Below, piece after piece: positions 10,499-22,745 of a stretch of DNA of 64,000 nucleotides (the stretch's first letter is position 1; each line of letters starts with the position of its first letter). The translations under genes were made by a program, and so were the position numbers. The notes below the pieces were generated by a model, which saw only the letters and a list, made by a program, of their open reading frames with translations, did not search any database and was not told where the DNA came from. Source of the stretch: a virus (taxonomy: Duplodnaviria; Caudoviricetes). The stretch is taken from the IMG/VR virus record IMGVR_UViG_3300021426_000066. The stretch is one strand, 5' to 3'.

Positions 10499-11609
10499 CT
10501 TAAATGTTTCGTCCCAAGCTCTTTATCTTGGGCTGCTCTGAGTTTTCCCAGAGTATCGGACTATATCTTCACCTACGGCTTTACGTTTAGGTGTTCGGCG
10601 CTCGTGGATGAATTATTGCTATACCTGCTCATCATCTAGTCTCTAAACTTTCCCATTTATTATTCGGTATTAAATGGGCTTAGTAATTGATTGGCATATG
10701 TGTGTAATAAATAATTAATCAAATAGTTGAAAATAAAAACCATGATACAGTTTATTCTCTCTGGCAGCTCTTGAAACGCAACTAATCATACTAGCCGTTT
10801 TTGTAGAAAGACCTAATTGAGTCTTAATCCATAAACAGGCATCAGTGATCGTATTAGAAGAGAATAATAACTGCCAGTCTTTATTAAATATGCTTACTTT
10901 TTTTGCATTGGGATTGGCACCTCCAACTTGATTATGTAAACGATTTTTTGTTTTATCAAGCCAGTCTTGATATTTCTCGTCTGACATCCGCTCTTTTGGA
11001 GATACACCAAACATCGGATTCTTTTCACCAGATGATGCGATGCTATATTTTTCTTTTAATGCCTCGACTTCTTCAGGAGTTTTCATATCCCAATAATTAA
11101 TACCATATGCAGGATTATTCTCACCCATCATTCTTGCAGAATGTTGGCGACACCATTCTTTACTATGGACCAGACCAACACTACCATCACCACCAAATGT
11201 ATGATTGGTTAAATGCCCCGGTTCTTCAGTATTATTGTTGTATCCAATAATGTCAATTCCATATCCTTTATTAAATACATAATCCATAATGGTTTTATAT
11301 TCTAATTCATAAGCTTCCTCTTCAGTTAAATTATCATAAAGAATATTAACATGCATACCTGCTTTATCAACAACTCGATTATGATGTTCATTCCGCTTGG
11401 TAGAATTGGCTCTCTTTTTCCGTCCTTTTCCTACATAAAAGCAAGTATTATTATCATTTCTAATGTGTTCATATACGCAGTACCCCCGATCCTCCAGTTG
11501 TCCTACACCTCCCTTCTAAATTAATTTAACTATTATTACACACACTTAGCTTTCCAATTTTCACCGAATGTTTTTTACATACATTTCTGTATGCTGGCCC
11601 AGTATGTTA
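10499..11609 (-). mobile_element. Group I intron (1111 nt) in the RNA polymerase gene
   Basis: 5' exon ends in U (AACGGCT|) and the intron ends in G (TTTAAG|). Core elements S AAGATATAGTCC (~10558-10569) and R TTTAGAGACTA (~10636-10646). Splicing restores the frame and NNGSDQDSD. Confidence 0.88.
10715..11497 (-). CDS. Intron-encoded GIY-YIG homing endonuclease with NUMOD3/NUMOD1-like repeats (260 aa, probable CTG start)
   Basis: The tracked ORF extends 47 codons upstream in frame: YCVYEH...FYVGKG (GIY-YIG); EEAYELE; GENNPAYG/GEKNPMFG/GANPNAK repeats; GGAGGTG RBS 8 nt before CTG. Confidence 0.85.
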   Translation of the reverse strand: MEDRGYCVYEHIRNDNNTCFYVGKGRKKRANSTKRNEHHNRVVDKAGMHVNILYDNLTEEEAYELEYKTIMDYVFNKGYGIDIIGYNNNTEEPGHLTNHTFGGDGSVGLVHSKEWCRQHSARMMGENNPAYGINYWDMKTPEEVEALKEKYSIASSGEKNPMFGVSPKERMSDEKYQDWLDKTKNRLHNQVGGANPNAKKVSIFNKDWQLLFSSNTITDACLWIKTQLGLSTKTASMISCVSRAARENKLYHGFYFQLFD

Positions 11610-13314
11610 AGCCGTTATTTCTATCTTGTGCATCCGTACCAATCATATTTAAAGCAATAATTAATTTACCGAATGTAAAATACTTCTTGAACCGCTCATC
11701 ATAATGATTGTGTAAATAATCCAAATTATTTCTACTGTTAAAAGGATTTCTAAACCCCGCCAAATACTCCCCATCTTTAAAACGTTCTGTATAGCACTGA
11801 ATTGTTCCATCCTCAACAAAAAACGTATCATCTTTGTATACATCATCCCCGACACTCGCTAGAAGCATGGCATAAGGGGAGCCAACAATCACTAAATTAT
11901 CTGCTTCTTGAATCAGCTTGCCAGATTTTACTTGCTTTACATAAGCCCGAATAATTGTTTCTTTTCTCTCTCTAAAATAATCACATCGAACAAATTCTGG
12001 ATTATGCTCACACAAAGCTACAAGCACTTCATAATCATTGGCAAAGTTAGCATTCCGTTTCAAATAATCCAAGAATGCATTATCATTGAGTTTCAATTGC
12101 ATTATATAATCAATAGTCTCTTTGCAGATATCCTCCATTAAGTCTATGTCTAATGCATTGACCATCTGATAACTCATCCTTTGGACATCACCAAGCTTAC
12201 TCTTGTGAGCGGTCTTGACTATTCCAAACTGACAATCATTCTTACGGATCCATTCAGACCAATAGTCAAAGCCAACACCGAACTTCATCCATTTCATGGC
12301 ATTCTCTGTTGTGATTAACTTTACATCTTTGGCTAGAATCTTATTACCCCACATATCCTCAACTTCAGCGGTTTCGTATTGATCACCAAAGAAATCTTGA
12401 AAGAAGAGTTGGATGTTAGTCCTAAAAGCTGCCATCTTACAGAAGTGGTGTCTTAACAGGATATAACCTTCACCCCAATCTGGGAATATGCTTTCATCAA
12501 TCAATGCCTGTCCATCGAATAGAGTATTCTTTACTTGGTAATTATCCTTTGGGATAGCCACACAATGTTTGTTTTCATCAAGTTCTACACTAATAACTTT
12601 TGTATTAAAATAGGCATCAATGTCCTTTATGACCAAAATTTGAGATGGATGAATCTGAACCTTACCAACAATAGTACTGGTTGAGAGAGAAGAGTACGCA
12701 CCAATTTCAACTATAGGGGCATTTTCATCTGGCAATTCCAATCCCATTCTTAAAAAATTCAGCGCCTTATCATATAACTCTGCTCGAATAAACATACATG
12801 TACCTTTTTTAGCTTTGCCAGGGGTACGATATAACATTTTGTAATGAATTGTGTCTGTCTTGGTTACTTCACCTTTTTTGTTGTAAGTTTTATATTGTAT
12901 GTTAACACCATTAGTGTAATATTCTTCTCTAAGCTGTTGTCTTGTTTTCTTTTTAAATTTACTTTGATTACTTTCTGCTCGTTTACGAAGTTGCTCCATT
13001 ATTTCTAAATATCTTTCTAATTCTTTATCTGATACTTTCTTTTTCTCATGTTCACTTTGCTTCTTTTTTATTCTCTGGTTAATAGAACGTAATTCCTCTT
13101 TATAAGAGCCAACACCGTATGTAAATTCAAGACAGATAATGTCTCTTGTGCTTTCATCTTTCCAAGTCTCTAATCCATTCTCTTTTAAGAAGTCAAGGAA
13201 TAAGCTGTTCGTCAGCATTGCATCCGTTGAATCATACTTATCCCTGACCCCTAATTCATAGCCAAAAATAGACCCCGCTTGAAAATTCTTTATCTTGTAA
13301 CCAAATTGGCCCAA
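11610..13314 (-). CDS. YonO-like single-subunit RNA polymerase, exon 1 (spliced product 861 aa)
   Basis: YKMLYRTPGKAKKG, LFDGQALID, LLRHHFCK, MSYQMVNAL, GFRNPFN, QDRNNG; adjacent to HU as yonN-yonO is in SPbeta. Confidence 0.85.
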
Positions 13315-13333
13315 TAAACATCACCAACTTTCT

Positions 13334-16300
13334 TTACCACCATAAATCTCTAAAATATTCTGCGAACAAACGCAACCCCTCTTGTATTCGATTATTATAG
13401 GCTTGTGTATCATCCCAGAATTTCTTCTTAACCCGTTCATCGATTTCGTAGTTCCAGATACCATCTTTCATATCAACTCTTTGAACAGCTTCATCTGGCA
13501 ACTGTGGCTCCTCGCTATTAGTAACAATCTGCTCAAAACTCCAGATCATCTTATCCAGAATGTTATTCCACAGTGTTACATATTTGTCATCCTCAGAGTC
13601 AGATATTGAACTTAAATCAATATTATCATCTACGACAAGTCTGCCTGGATAACCTTTTGTAGTTTTCTTAAATTTAACCAACCTTGGTAGCACAAACTGT
13701 GCAATAGTCAGATCCAAATCCCATAATTCATCATCTTTAAATTTAGTATATATTCCTCTTTTCTTCCTAAGTCTTTTATCCATGTTTGTCTCTCTTTCTG
13801 TTTTTATAACGAATCTTAGCTACCAAATCACTGATATCATATACAATGTCTTCTGCGTCATCTTTATCTTTTGGCCATTGACGAATAGTGTAACTCTCAG
13901 GAATCTTCATATCAGCTTCTTCGACCGCTGCTTCAACAAGCCTGTCCTCGTAACTTACTATGTTCATTTTAGAAATACGCCATTCAGTCTGCTCATAACA
14001 CTTTTTGCACAGTGGAAGATACCAACCATAATCATTGATGACAGGGACATCTAATTGTCCACAATTAACACATACATGCTGTGATATGACTTCAAAAGCA
14101 TTAATAATGTGATCAATGGGTGGAGCATAATTATTAACATAGCACCTTAGTTCCCCAAATTTTTCTTTTATTTGCTCTATACGAAATATATCTACGAAAT
14201 TGCATTCAACGAATGCTTTGTGCATCTCTTCACACCAAACATCTCCAAACGCTTTTCTCCAACCAGCAGCCATAGCATCTAATTCAGTATAGTCGTACTG
14301 CTTTCTTACCCAGCTTATTTCCCCTGTCCAAACATTATGAGGAACAAGCCAAGGATATTGTTTGCACAACCTCTTGTTCCTTATGCGTTCTCGCTTCAGC
14401 TTTTTACTACCTGCTTTCCCCGCTCTATTATAAGAACGCTTTCCATATCTCTTGGCTTGTTCCCTCTCATATACTCTATTGATTTCTCTCCAGCGTTTTT
14501 TATTCTTCATCTAAATCTTCCTTTGTCATAACTTGAGTTTGAAGAACATAATCAATAACAGATGCAAGTTGCAGCCCTTCTTTGGCAATATCTGCATCTT
14601 CGGTACATTCATAAATAAAACCCAGACGTTCTTTCAGTGCTTCTACTTCCCGTTTAGTAAGATACATGTCTCCAACTTCGGGAACAATATAATGTGTTTT
14701 AAAAGTGAATGTATCCTCTGTATCACATAACCCCTTACCATGGTCACAGTCATCTGCAAGTCTGCAATCATTACAAGCGATTTCCTCGTCAATGTTCTTC
14801 AGTCCATCTAAGTATTCATTAATTTGTTCTTTATTAATTATTTTCATATTTTACCTCAATACCAGTCTGCGTTTAATTCATCATCATCTTCATCATAGAA
14901 ATCAATAGTAATAATTTCAGCCTCTTTTGCGTTTAATGCTTCTTTGATCTCTTCTTCAAAGTTCTTATACCAATACTTATCTGGGGCAGTTTCCTCTTTT
15001 TGAACACCTTCCCATGTAACATCTATTCTTGCATTAATGACCATAATGCTTCCTCCTGCTATCTGTATCTCTTGGACCAAGAAACTCACTCAATAACACC
15101 AAAATGGCCCAAACACCTATAACCAGTTTCCATGAAAAAATCAATGAAAACGCCCAACATATTATCCACATAAGCCCCGCCACTAATAAAAAACTGGCGA
15201 CTAATGCGAGTAAAATTATTCCTATTATAAGTAGTACCGACATTCTATACCTCACTTAAATCTCACTTAAATCTCACATTATGTTTCCATTCATTAAATT
15301 CACCGTACCATTTCCTGCATTTAGCTTTAAGTGTAATAACTAAAGATTCTGCATCAAGGCTCCCTACACATAGTCTGGCGAATCTTGGAGACAGCAGATC
15401 AGCCTCATAATGATCCAATAAATACTTATTGCCCCTTTGCCAAGCAGAAATGTATTCTTCAACTTTGCCCATAAGAATCTCCGCAGCTAATGTTTTATAG
15501 CATTCATCAATTGCCATTTGTTCTTCGAGATTTAATTTGAGTTTTGGCTTATTCCTTGGCAACATATCCTGCACTCTCCATGAGTTTCATAAAATCATCT
15601 ACAATATGTTCCCCCATTCTGCCAGTAATATGATTTGTATCAATATTATAATCTTCCAAAACACAAACTAAGCAGCCCCAGGGCGTAAGCACATAACGCT
15701 CGTCATCTTCATCAAACACATCTTCATAATATTCTTCATTCATATTAAATACTCCTTTGTTCTTTATATTTGGGAATGTTAGTATAAGCCAACACATAAT
15801 ATTTTTTATTATAGAAGATTGTGTCGGTTGATTTGGGTACTATCCAGTATTCATATTTCCCATCCCAGCGCCCTATACCATACTTAATATCTGAATCATA
15901 AATTCTGTAAGCTATCAAATAATAGTCATCATCCTCTGGATAGTTGTCTTCAAACCCCTTGCCAACTGGAATCCAAATATTTTCGTTTTCTTTTGTATCG
16001 TATCCATCCATCCAACCAGTTTCATAATCCTTATTAATCTTTGGATCGTGGTTCATTGCCTTTGCACACCATGAGACGGTCATATGATATTTACAATCTT
16101 CGCAGGTAATATCTGCGTCTTCACATGGCTTTTCTTCTTTTTCTTTCTTGCTTGTAGGCAGTCTTTTAAATAAATCAGCAAGAGCATCCTGCTGCGCTTC
16201 GTAGTCCATTGGAATGCCTTTTGCATCATAATTCATCACGGTATTTCCTCCTCTGATACAACTCTCAATCCTAACTCTTTTATTCTATCCTCATATTTAG

Positions 16301-19178
16301 GATCATATCCCTCACATATACCCTCATAAGTAGGAGAGTAGCATTTCTCCGCAAAGTACCCGCAGACTGGACAAGAAGCATGTAACTCAACCAAGCCCGC
16401 AGGTTCTTCATAATATGTTGTATATGATATTGCTGTGTCACATACAGGACACCTGCTTATATAATTCTGTCCCATTATACATACCTCAGATCAACCTGAT
16501 CATTCTTTACTTTATATAACATTTTTATTTTATAGTCCAAATCATATTCAATTTCATTAATCTCTTTTTCAAGTCTTTTAATAACCCAATTTTTATTTGG
16601 TCTGGATTCCTTCCTTATATAAAATTTTGCACCTCTCCAGCCACCAGAATCAACTGCGGCCCGCCACCGATCTTCTTCGTTATAACAACACCATTTATCA
16701 ATGCTCCCCCTATAGTCTTCAACTTCCATAAAATCGAACATAAGAGAGAAGAGATAAAAATTACTATCTGTTAATTCAACTTGAAATGTCTCTGTGGACC
16801 AATAGGTATCCCGCATAAACAGTTTCCCGCCATATTCAACAGGTTTGAAAGTCCAGTTCTTACACCAGTATGGATCTGATCTTTTATATTCTGGTAACCA
16901 ATCAAGCTGCGGGTCGCAAGTATATAATCCTGTCATAATAATCTTATTTCTGTTTTCTTCAGAGAGCATTATTACCTCCTCGATATTGTGGGCATTTTGG
17001 GTAATTCACCAATACAACCCGTAAAATCAAATTTAACCATTGGTTGTCTATGTATTGTATATATAATATTACCAGCATGATCTGTTGCATTATAATCATC
17101 ATAAATAATTTCAATACTCTCTGGTGTACCAATAAATGGAATGACAACCATAGATCCGTCCTCACTTTTAAATTTAAACATGATCTCTGTTGGTAACACA
17201 TCTTTAATATTTCCATGAGAGAAAAGATTATATTCTAACTCATTGGCATATCTTACTTTAGTGTTGCAATACGAACAGTACCCATCAGAGGAGAGAGGAG
17301 CGCCACAGTTAGGACAGTTGGTTAAAAGAGTTTTTGTCTTCATTATCCGTATCTAACTCCTTTTTGCATTCTTCTATAATGATTGATTCCAATATGCGTA
17401 AAAAATATAAAAGTGTTACATTGTCAATGGGTTTTGACGGCGTATTAATATCTCCAGTTAGTAGGTCTTGCAGTTTTTGTATAGGTATTAATACTGTATT
17501 GGCTCTTATGCGAACATAATTAGGGATGACGATATTTTTCTCTCGTGGAATTTTTTTTATAGAACCATTAAGCATCTTGATTTGTTCTTTTAGATACTTA
17601 ATATATCTGTTTTTATCTTGTTCATCCCAAGTGTTAAAAAACATTACTTTTCATCATCCTTCCGCGTCAGTACAGTATCCATCATTCATCATCTGCTCAA
17701 ATTGATCCAACAATACAAGAATATCTTCGGTTGTTTCGGCAGTACTTCCAATCCCATATTGCTTTAGACAATTTGTTTTACTTGGTTCACCATTTTTTAA
17801 AACCATTATGATATCGTCCGCTGTAAGATGTCCTGTAAGATTATTCTTTGCACTCCAATTCGTTCCATTCACAATTTTGCCTTTTGCTTCAAGACAACCC
17901 TTTCGATAGCCATAACTGCCTGGGCAAATCAGGGCATCCCATGATTTTTGGTTCTTGTTATTATAAACAACGATTTTATATAAATCATGGTTAGCATCAA
18001 TAATACTTTTATATTTTATTGCGTGATTTTCTAAATAACATGCCAGTTTATAGTACTCATTTAAATTAAGATCATAATTCATCATTTCCCATCATCCTCC
18101 TCAAAAACACTAAACTCAGTAAGCTGCTTCAACTTCCCATCATATCTTTCCACAATCTTATCTGGTTCCAAGTTTAATATCTCATATTCACCAGTTTTAA
18201 GATTAATATCGATATAACAATTCTCTGGATCCCATTCATCGGGTATACCAAATATACAATATTTCATTTTCCTCATATTTATCTACCCCCGTATTCATCC
18301 CAATATAATGAATAGAATACATAGACCAGTGTTATACCTAATACGCAGAACATAACTCCAACAATATGTCCTGTGCAGCAAGCAAATAAACCGAATAGAA
18401 GAACAGCTACAGCTAAGAATATAATTATAGTCGAAAATATCTTATCTAATTTAGTCATCTGATTCCTCCATTGTTCTGATAAATATTTCATATACGAATA
18501 TTGCGAATAATAACCACCAGATGGCAGCAGTATATTCTTTAGAGAAGTAATGAATAATACTGTTAAATATATCTACTATAAAACCACCCAACATTACCAA
18601 TGTATATACTATTTTTAATTTATTCATTAATTCTCCTTTATTAAATCTGAGTTATACTCATGATATACCCAATACCATGCTTCCCAGGGGGTATAACCAT
18701 TCTTTACCATCTCTTCATATAATAACTGACGATAATGTTGATGTAATGGTGTATGTACTCCCTCTATTGTCGCATTTTTACCGTAGCGATCTACCCGTTC
18801 TGCCAGTATCTTATAATACTCTGGTTTGAACCATCCCCCCAGATTATTCTTTATAGCTTCATCTACATCATACTGAGTATGCTGGCGTTTGCATCTATTA
18901 TAATAACGAAGAAGATGCTGCAAGGCGTATGTTAATATCTCTTCCTCTTCACGATCCACAAAAGAACGTTCAGAGAGAGCTATTCTTCCTTTATTTGTAG
19001 TATTATTCCAAGTAGTTATTATAATCAGATGGGGATAGTATGGTATTAAATCTTTTTCTGTTTCGAAACGAAGAGGGACGATGTTTCTTCCTATATGTAT
19101 ATTGGAAGAGAGGACATTGTCCACACCATGGATTTCAATATGATCGCAAAAATCACATTTACCAGAGAATCTACTCAT
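13334..19178 (-). CDS. Run of about 15 tightly packed small hypothetical phage ORFs (e.g. 13334..13783, 13776..14510, 14500..14847, 15745..16239, 16475..16969, 16972..17343, 17654..18085, 18627..19178)
   Basis: Overlapping start/stop codons and RBSs; several CxxC Zn-ribbon motifs; 13776..14510 has the phage QIKEKFGELR motif. Confidence 0.7.
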
Positions 19179-19217
19179 AAGGGCTCCTTTCTATAATATT
19201 GTACTTTTACACTGTAA

Positions 19218-19264
19218 AGTGTAGCAGAATACTGATATTTTGTCAAGTATTTAATTTGTCTACT
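19218..19264 (-). promoter_or_regulatory. Sigma-A promoter with upstream ACAAATTAAA operator
   Basis: Minus strand AGTAGACAAATTAAATAC-TTGACA-N17-TACACT; the first 24 nt are identical to 60349..60372. Confidence 0.65.
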
Positions 19265-19266
19265 AA

Positions 19267-20364
19267 TTAAGCCATAAGACGAATAAGTGTTTCCTCTAAT
19301 GTTGATTGATCTGTTAGCCAGGATGCGGCCTGATCTGGTGAATTAATAAGCAGATCAGTATATTGTTTAACTGTCTTATCATGTAAGACTTTAAATACCT
19401 TCGTATTTAACTGTTTACGGATCTCATCAGAATCTACAGCTTTACGAATCAATGGTGCTGGTGAGAGTATTTTTATTGTTTTAAAACATGCTTCCCAGTA
19501 TGGCTGCTTTTCATGAACATGTTTAAGAAAGAGATCATTGTATTTATATCTTAAGTCTGGCTTATACCATAATTCATTCTTTGATGAGAGATGCAGTTCT
19601 TCCAGTACTTCATCCTGAATTACCATTAATGATAAATACTCTTCATTGGTCACCTCACGTAAGCGGGTTATTGGATTCGTTTTGCTATTGTTTATACGTT
19701 CTGAGATTACATATGTATTGATACATTCAATAATATTTCTTTTCTGCATTGATTCCAATGCACTGTTTATAATACGTTTGAATGTTTGATAACTGGTACT
19801 GTAGAAGTCTCCAATCTGTTTAATATCAATATTATACTTCTTTGAGAGTTCTGAGTATTCTTTTCCATATCTTCTATATAACTCATTGGCTAATCCACAT
19901 ATAAGAATAAAGTCCATATAACTGAAATAGAGTACTTCCTTACCCGTTGAATATAAGTAGGCTAAGATCACATTAATCATATCAGCATTGTACTTGTGTG
20001 AATCCTGTATTACTGGAATGTATGGAATAGGCGGATTGTATATTTTAGTAATCTTATATTTGGTCTTGATCTTCTCATATTCAAAAAATCTGGAGAATTC
20101 AAGTAAATGCCTGGTCTTGGCATTACCATATTTAACTGGCTGATTAAGTAATGTACATAATTCTTTGTATGTGTATTCTTGGTTGATGGAGAGTTGAGAT
20201 GTATCTAGTGAGAGTATCTGCGGTGTGAATCTACTGGTATGCGATGATGATGCAGATTCGTTTCCTATAAATCTGGTTACCTCTAAGTTATCCCACATTG
20301 GAAATGATTGAGGGTTGAGAGTTACCGTATTCATAATAGCTCCTTTCTGATGGCTGCTGCGCAT
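19267..20364 (-). CDS. Hypothetical protein, possibly DNA-binding or replication-related (365 aa)
   Basis: Long ORF with YTYKELCTLL..GNAK..YKITKIY motif; first gene of the left arm. Confidence 0.6.
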   Translation of the reverse strand: MRSSHQKGAIMNTVTLNPQSFPMWDNLEVTRFIGNESASSSHTSRFTPQILSLDTSQLSINQEYTYKELCTLLNQPVKYGNAKTRHLLEFSRFFEYEKIKTKYKITKIYNPPIPYIPVIQDSHKYNADMINVILAYLYSTGKEVLYFSYMDFILICGLANELYRRYGKEYSELSKKYNIDIKQIGDFYSTSYQTFKRIINSALESMQKRNIIECINTYVISERINNSKTNPITRLREVTNEEYLSLMVIQDEVLEELHLSSKNELWYKPDLRYKYNDLFLKHVHEKQPYWEACFKTIKILSPAPLIRKAVDSDEIRKQLNTKVFKVLHDKTVKQYTDLLINSPDQAASWLTDQSTLEETLIRLMA

Positions 20365-20410
20365 AGTGGTTGCTACGCATAGGTTGCTGCATGTAAGAGT
20401 TAGATGATCT

Positions 20411-20495
20411 TAACTAAAGTTAGTTGCTCTACAAATTTTTGAACCCAATTTGTTGTATATATATTATATATACGAGAAGTTCGGTTCAAAAATTT
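20411..20495. repeat. Long imperfect palindrome, copy 1 of 2
   Basis: AAATTTTTGAACC...TATA-rich core...GGTTCAAAAATTT; homologous to 42455..42536. Confidence 0.8.
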
Positions 20496-20918
20496 TTGAG
20501 GTAAGTCAAAAAACGATAGAAACGGGTTGATGTTTTTGGCTGTTGAAAATGGTCGAGCGTTATGTTTTCTGGAGAATAATAGGGTGGTTATGAATGATAA
20601 TGGATCGAATGATAGTTAACAAATTAAATGTTGGGAAGTTGTTTGGTTTGGTTAATGGGATTGTAGCAAATAGGGTTGGGGATGTCAAGGGATCGGAGAT
20701 GAGGAGAGGGATATTAAAAATGATTTGATGGCTAAAAGCCGAATGAAGTAGCGATAAGGTGTTTTTTGGGAGATAAGGATGATGGGATGAGGTGAATAGT
20801 GAATGAGCAAATTAAAAAAATGAAATATGAAAAGAGCTTTTTTGAATAAAAGGATGGTAAAAAAATGTCAAAAATGCAGTCAGTGTGGAAATGGACTGGC
20901 TAAATACGTCAAAAAAAT

Positions 20919-20932
20919 CGAACAGATGTTCG
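20919..20932. promoter_or_regulatory. LexA (SOS/Cheo) box
   Basis: CGAACAGATGTTCG fits the Firmicute GAAC-N4-GTTC consensus; upstream of extended -10 TGGTATAAT (20981-20989) of the first right-arm gene. Confidence 0.65.
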
Positions 20933-21046
20933 AAAATCGAACTATCCCCGCATTAATACTAATTTTCACATGGTTTATAGTGGTATAATAACGGCGTAAC
21001 AAGTACATGCATCATATCGAAAACAAACAAAAGGAGGATAAAAACC

Positions 21047-22525
21047 ATGATGCACACGACAAAAGCAACTCTTAATTCTGTGGTTCGTTTTACCGCACTT
21101 GAAACCATTAAACAAATTAATGTCACTATTACAAACATGAACCGTAACTCTAAAACATGGGAAAAGCTTATTTCCGACTATAACAGCGGTTTTGAATATG
21201 GGTACAATGAATATCTCCCGCCCGTATTTGTCGATACAACATTGATAAATCGAATTGATTCTATCATCCCTGTTTTTGCAAGCCCATTTGATAGAGTAGA
21301 AAATACCACTCTAAAAATTGAATATCCTTTAATGTTTGCCCGTTTGATGGATGAAAGATATAATCCTATACCGAAATATAGTAAGTATGGTTTCGCATCA
21401 TACCGCTTTAATAGTGATGAATTAAAACAGCATGCAATTAACGACAACACTATTTTAACCAATGATGAATTAACATTATATTACATGTTGGAAACGTTAG
21501 AAGCGGATACTGTTTTAAAGAATCAAAAAGCGATAGCCGAAAAAATTAATAGAATTTCCGCATGGACTCCCGCCGAGAAAAAATATATTTATTCATTACC
21601 CACTATTAAAGATTGTAATTATGACATTCCCATGTATATTGGTGCATGCAATAAAGCATATTCACAATACGCCGTTAAAAATCAGGTGAAATACATTGGT
21701 CGAAAAGTTGGCAACGGTGAAACAATACCGAAAGTCTATATTGATATTATCAATAATTGGAATGACCAATTATTTGATGACATTAAAGGCTATATAGCTT
21801 TATACATGATAGAAGCATATAAAGACGGTCATATTGTGAACAGACATTTTTTAAACGCTGACAAAAACCATGATTGTACACTGAATATGTCTAACTATGA
21901 ATTAACTCTATATTATGAGTACGCTAACGAGTATGATTTAACAGAAGAACAAATAAATGGTTATTATCCCGTTTTTGATTTAGGATTAGATAAAAAGGCG
22001 TTTAATGCTTTAAAACGTGCCGTTTCCAAAGCGATATTTGATAAAAAAGGTACTCGTTCTAAAAAGATACTTGTTTCCTATGAAACAAGCGTTTTAGAGA
22101 ATGGTTTGGAAAAAGCGGACGATAAAGACGGCTTTAAAGCGAATGAATCATATTTCTATGATTCATTAAAAGATATTAATACGGTTTTAGAGTGTATGTT
22201 AAGTGCGGAGAAATACGCTTTATATACGTCTTTAATCGCATTCATGTTAAAAACGGGAAAAGGGTTGAAAGACTTTTCTAGGTACTATGCATTAACAGAA
22301 GCAGACGAGACCAAAATATATAAATCGTTAGATAATCTTATTTGCAAGATTAGAGACGTTTATAAAATTGCTTTGGCTTATAAGAATGGTGACATGAAAC
22401 TTTTTAGAGAACTTGTCCCGAACACCAAAAGCCAAAAACGCATAACAGAAAAACTGGATAGTATTAATATCAAAAAATTAGATATCAAAGTCTCTGAAAT
22501 GGTTTATCATGCATCCGCCTGCTAA
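21047..22525 (+). CDS. Hypothetical protein (492 aa), first gene of the right arm
   Basis: AAGGAGG RBS, own promoter and terminator; C-terminus only weakly suggests an HTH or sigma region 4. Confidence 0.7.
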   Translation: MMHTTKATLNSVVRFTALETIKQINVTITNMNRNSKTWEKLISDYNSGFEYGYNEYLPPVFVDTTLINRIDSIIPVFASPFDRVENTTLKIEYPLMFARLMDERYNPIPKYSKYGFASYRFNSDELKQHAINDNTILTNDELTLYYMLETLEADTVLKNQKAIAEKINRISAWTPAEKKYIYSLPTIKDCNYDIPMYIGACNKAYSQYAVKNQVKYIGRKVGNGETIPKVYIDIINNWNDQLFDDIKGYIALYMIEAYKDGHIVNRHFLNADKNHDCTLNMSNYELTLYYEYANEYDLTEEQINGYYPVFDLGLDKKAFNALKRAVSKAIFDKKGTRSKKILVSYETSVLENGLEKADDKDGFKANESYFYDSLKDINTVLECMLSAEKYALYTSLIAFMLKTGKGLKDFSRYYALTEADETKIYKSLDNLICKIRDVYKIALAYKNGDMKLFRELVPNTKSQKRITEKLDSINIKKLDIKVSEMVYHASAC

Positions 22526-22536
22526 ACCAGTATTCT

Positions 22537-22581
22537 AAAAACGGCTTGCAAGTCTAAAACGACTTGCAAGCCGTTTTTTTT
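22537..22581 (+). terminator. Rho-independent terminator
   Basis: ACGGCTTGCAAGTC-N6-GACTTGCAAGCCGT followed by a T-tract. Confidence 0.85.
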
Positions 22582-22616
22582 GTGCCTATTTATATATGCA
22601 TTTACTCGTTATAATT

Positions 22617-22745
22617 CTATCCGAAAAAATCGGATAAATCTTCTAGGCCTAGACAATCTATCCGAAAAAATCGGATAGATTTATAACCAGAAAATACTAA
22701 AAACCCATTTTAGGCCGTTTTTAGCCGTTTTTAGCCGTTTTTGCT
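22617..22745. repeat. Duplicated palindromic operator-like site plus tandem 10-mers
   Basis: CTATCCGAAAAAATCGGATA x2 (22617, 22658) around palindrome TCTAGGCCTAGA; TTTTAG(G)CCG x3 (22707-22740). Confidence 0.75.

Noticed and set aside
20433-20495. Protelomerase (tel) site
   Set aside because: No protelomerase recognised in the window, the palindrome centre is imperfect, and there are two copies; kept only as an unexplained palindrome
21047-22525. Sigma factor call
   Set aside because: Only a vague region-4-like resemblance at the C-terminus; not enough to support the call
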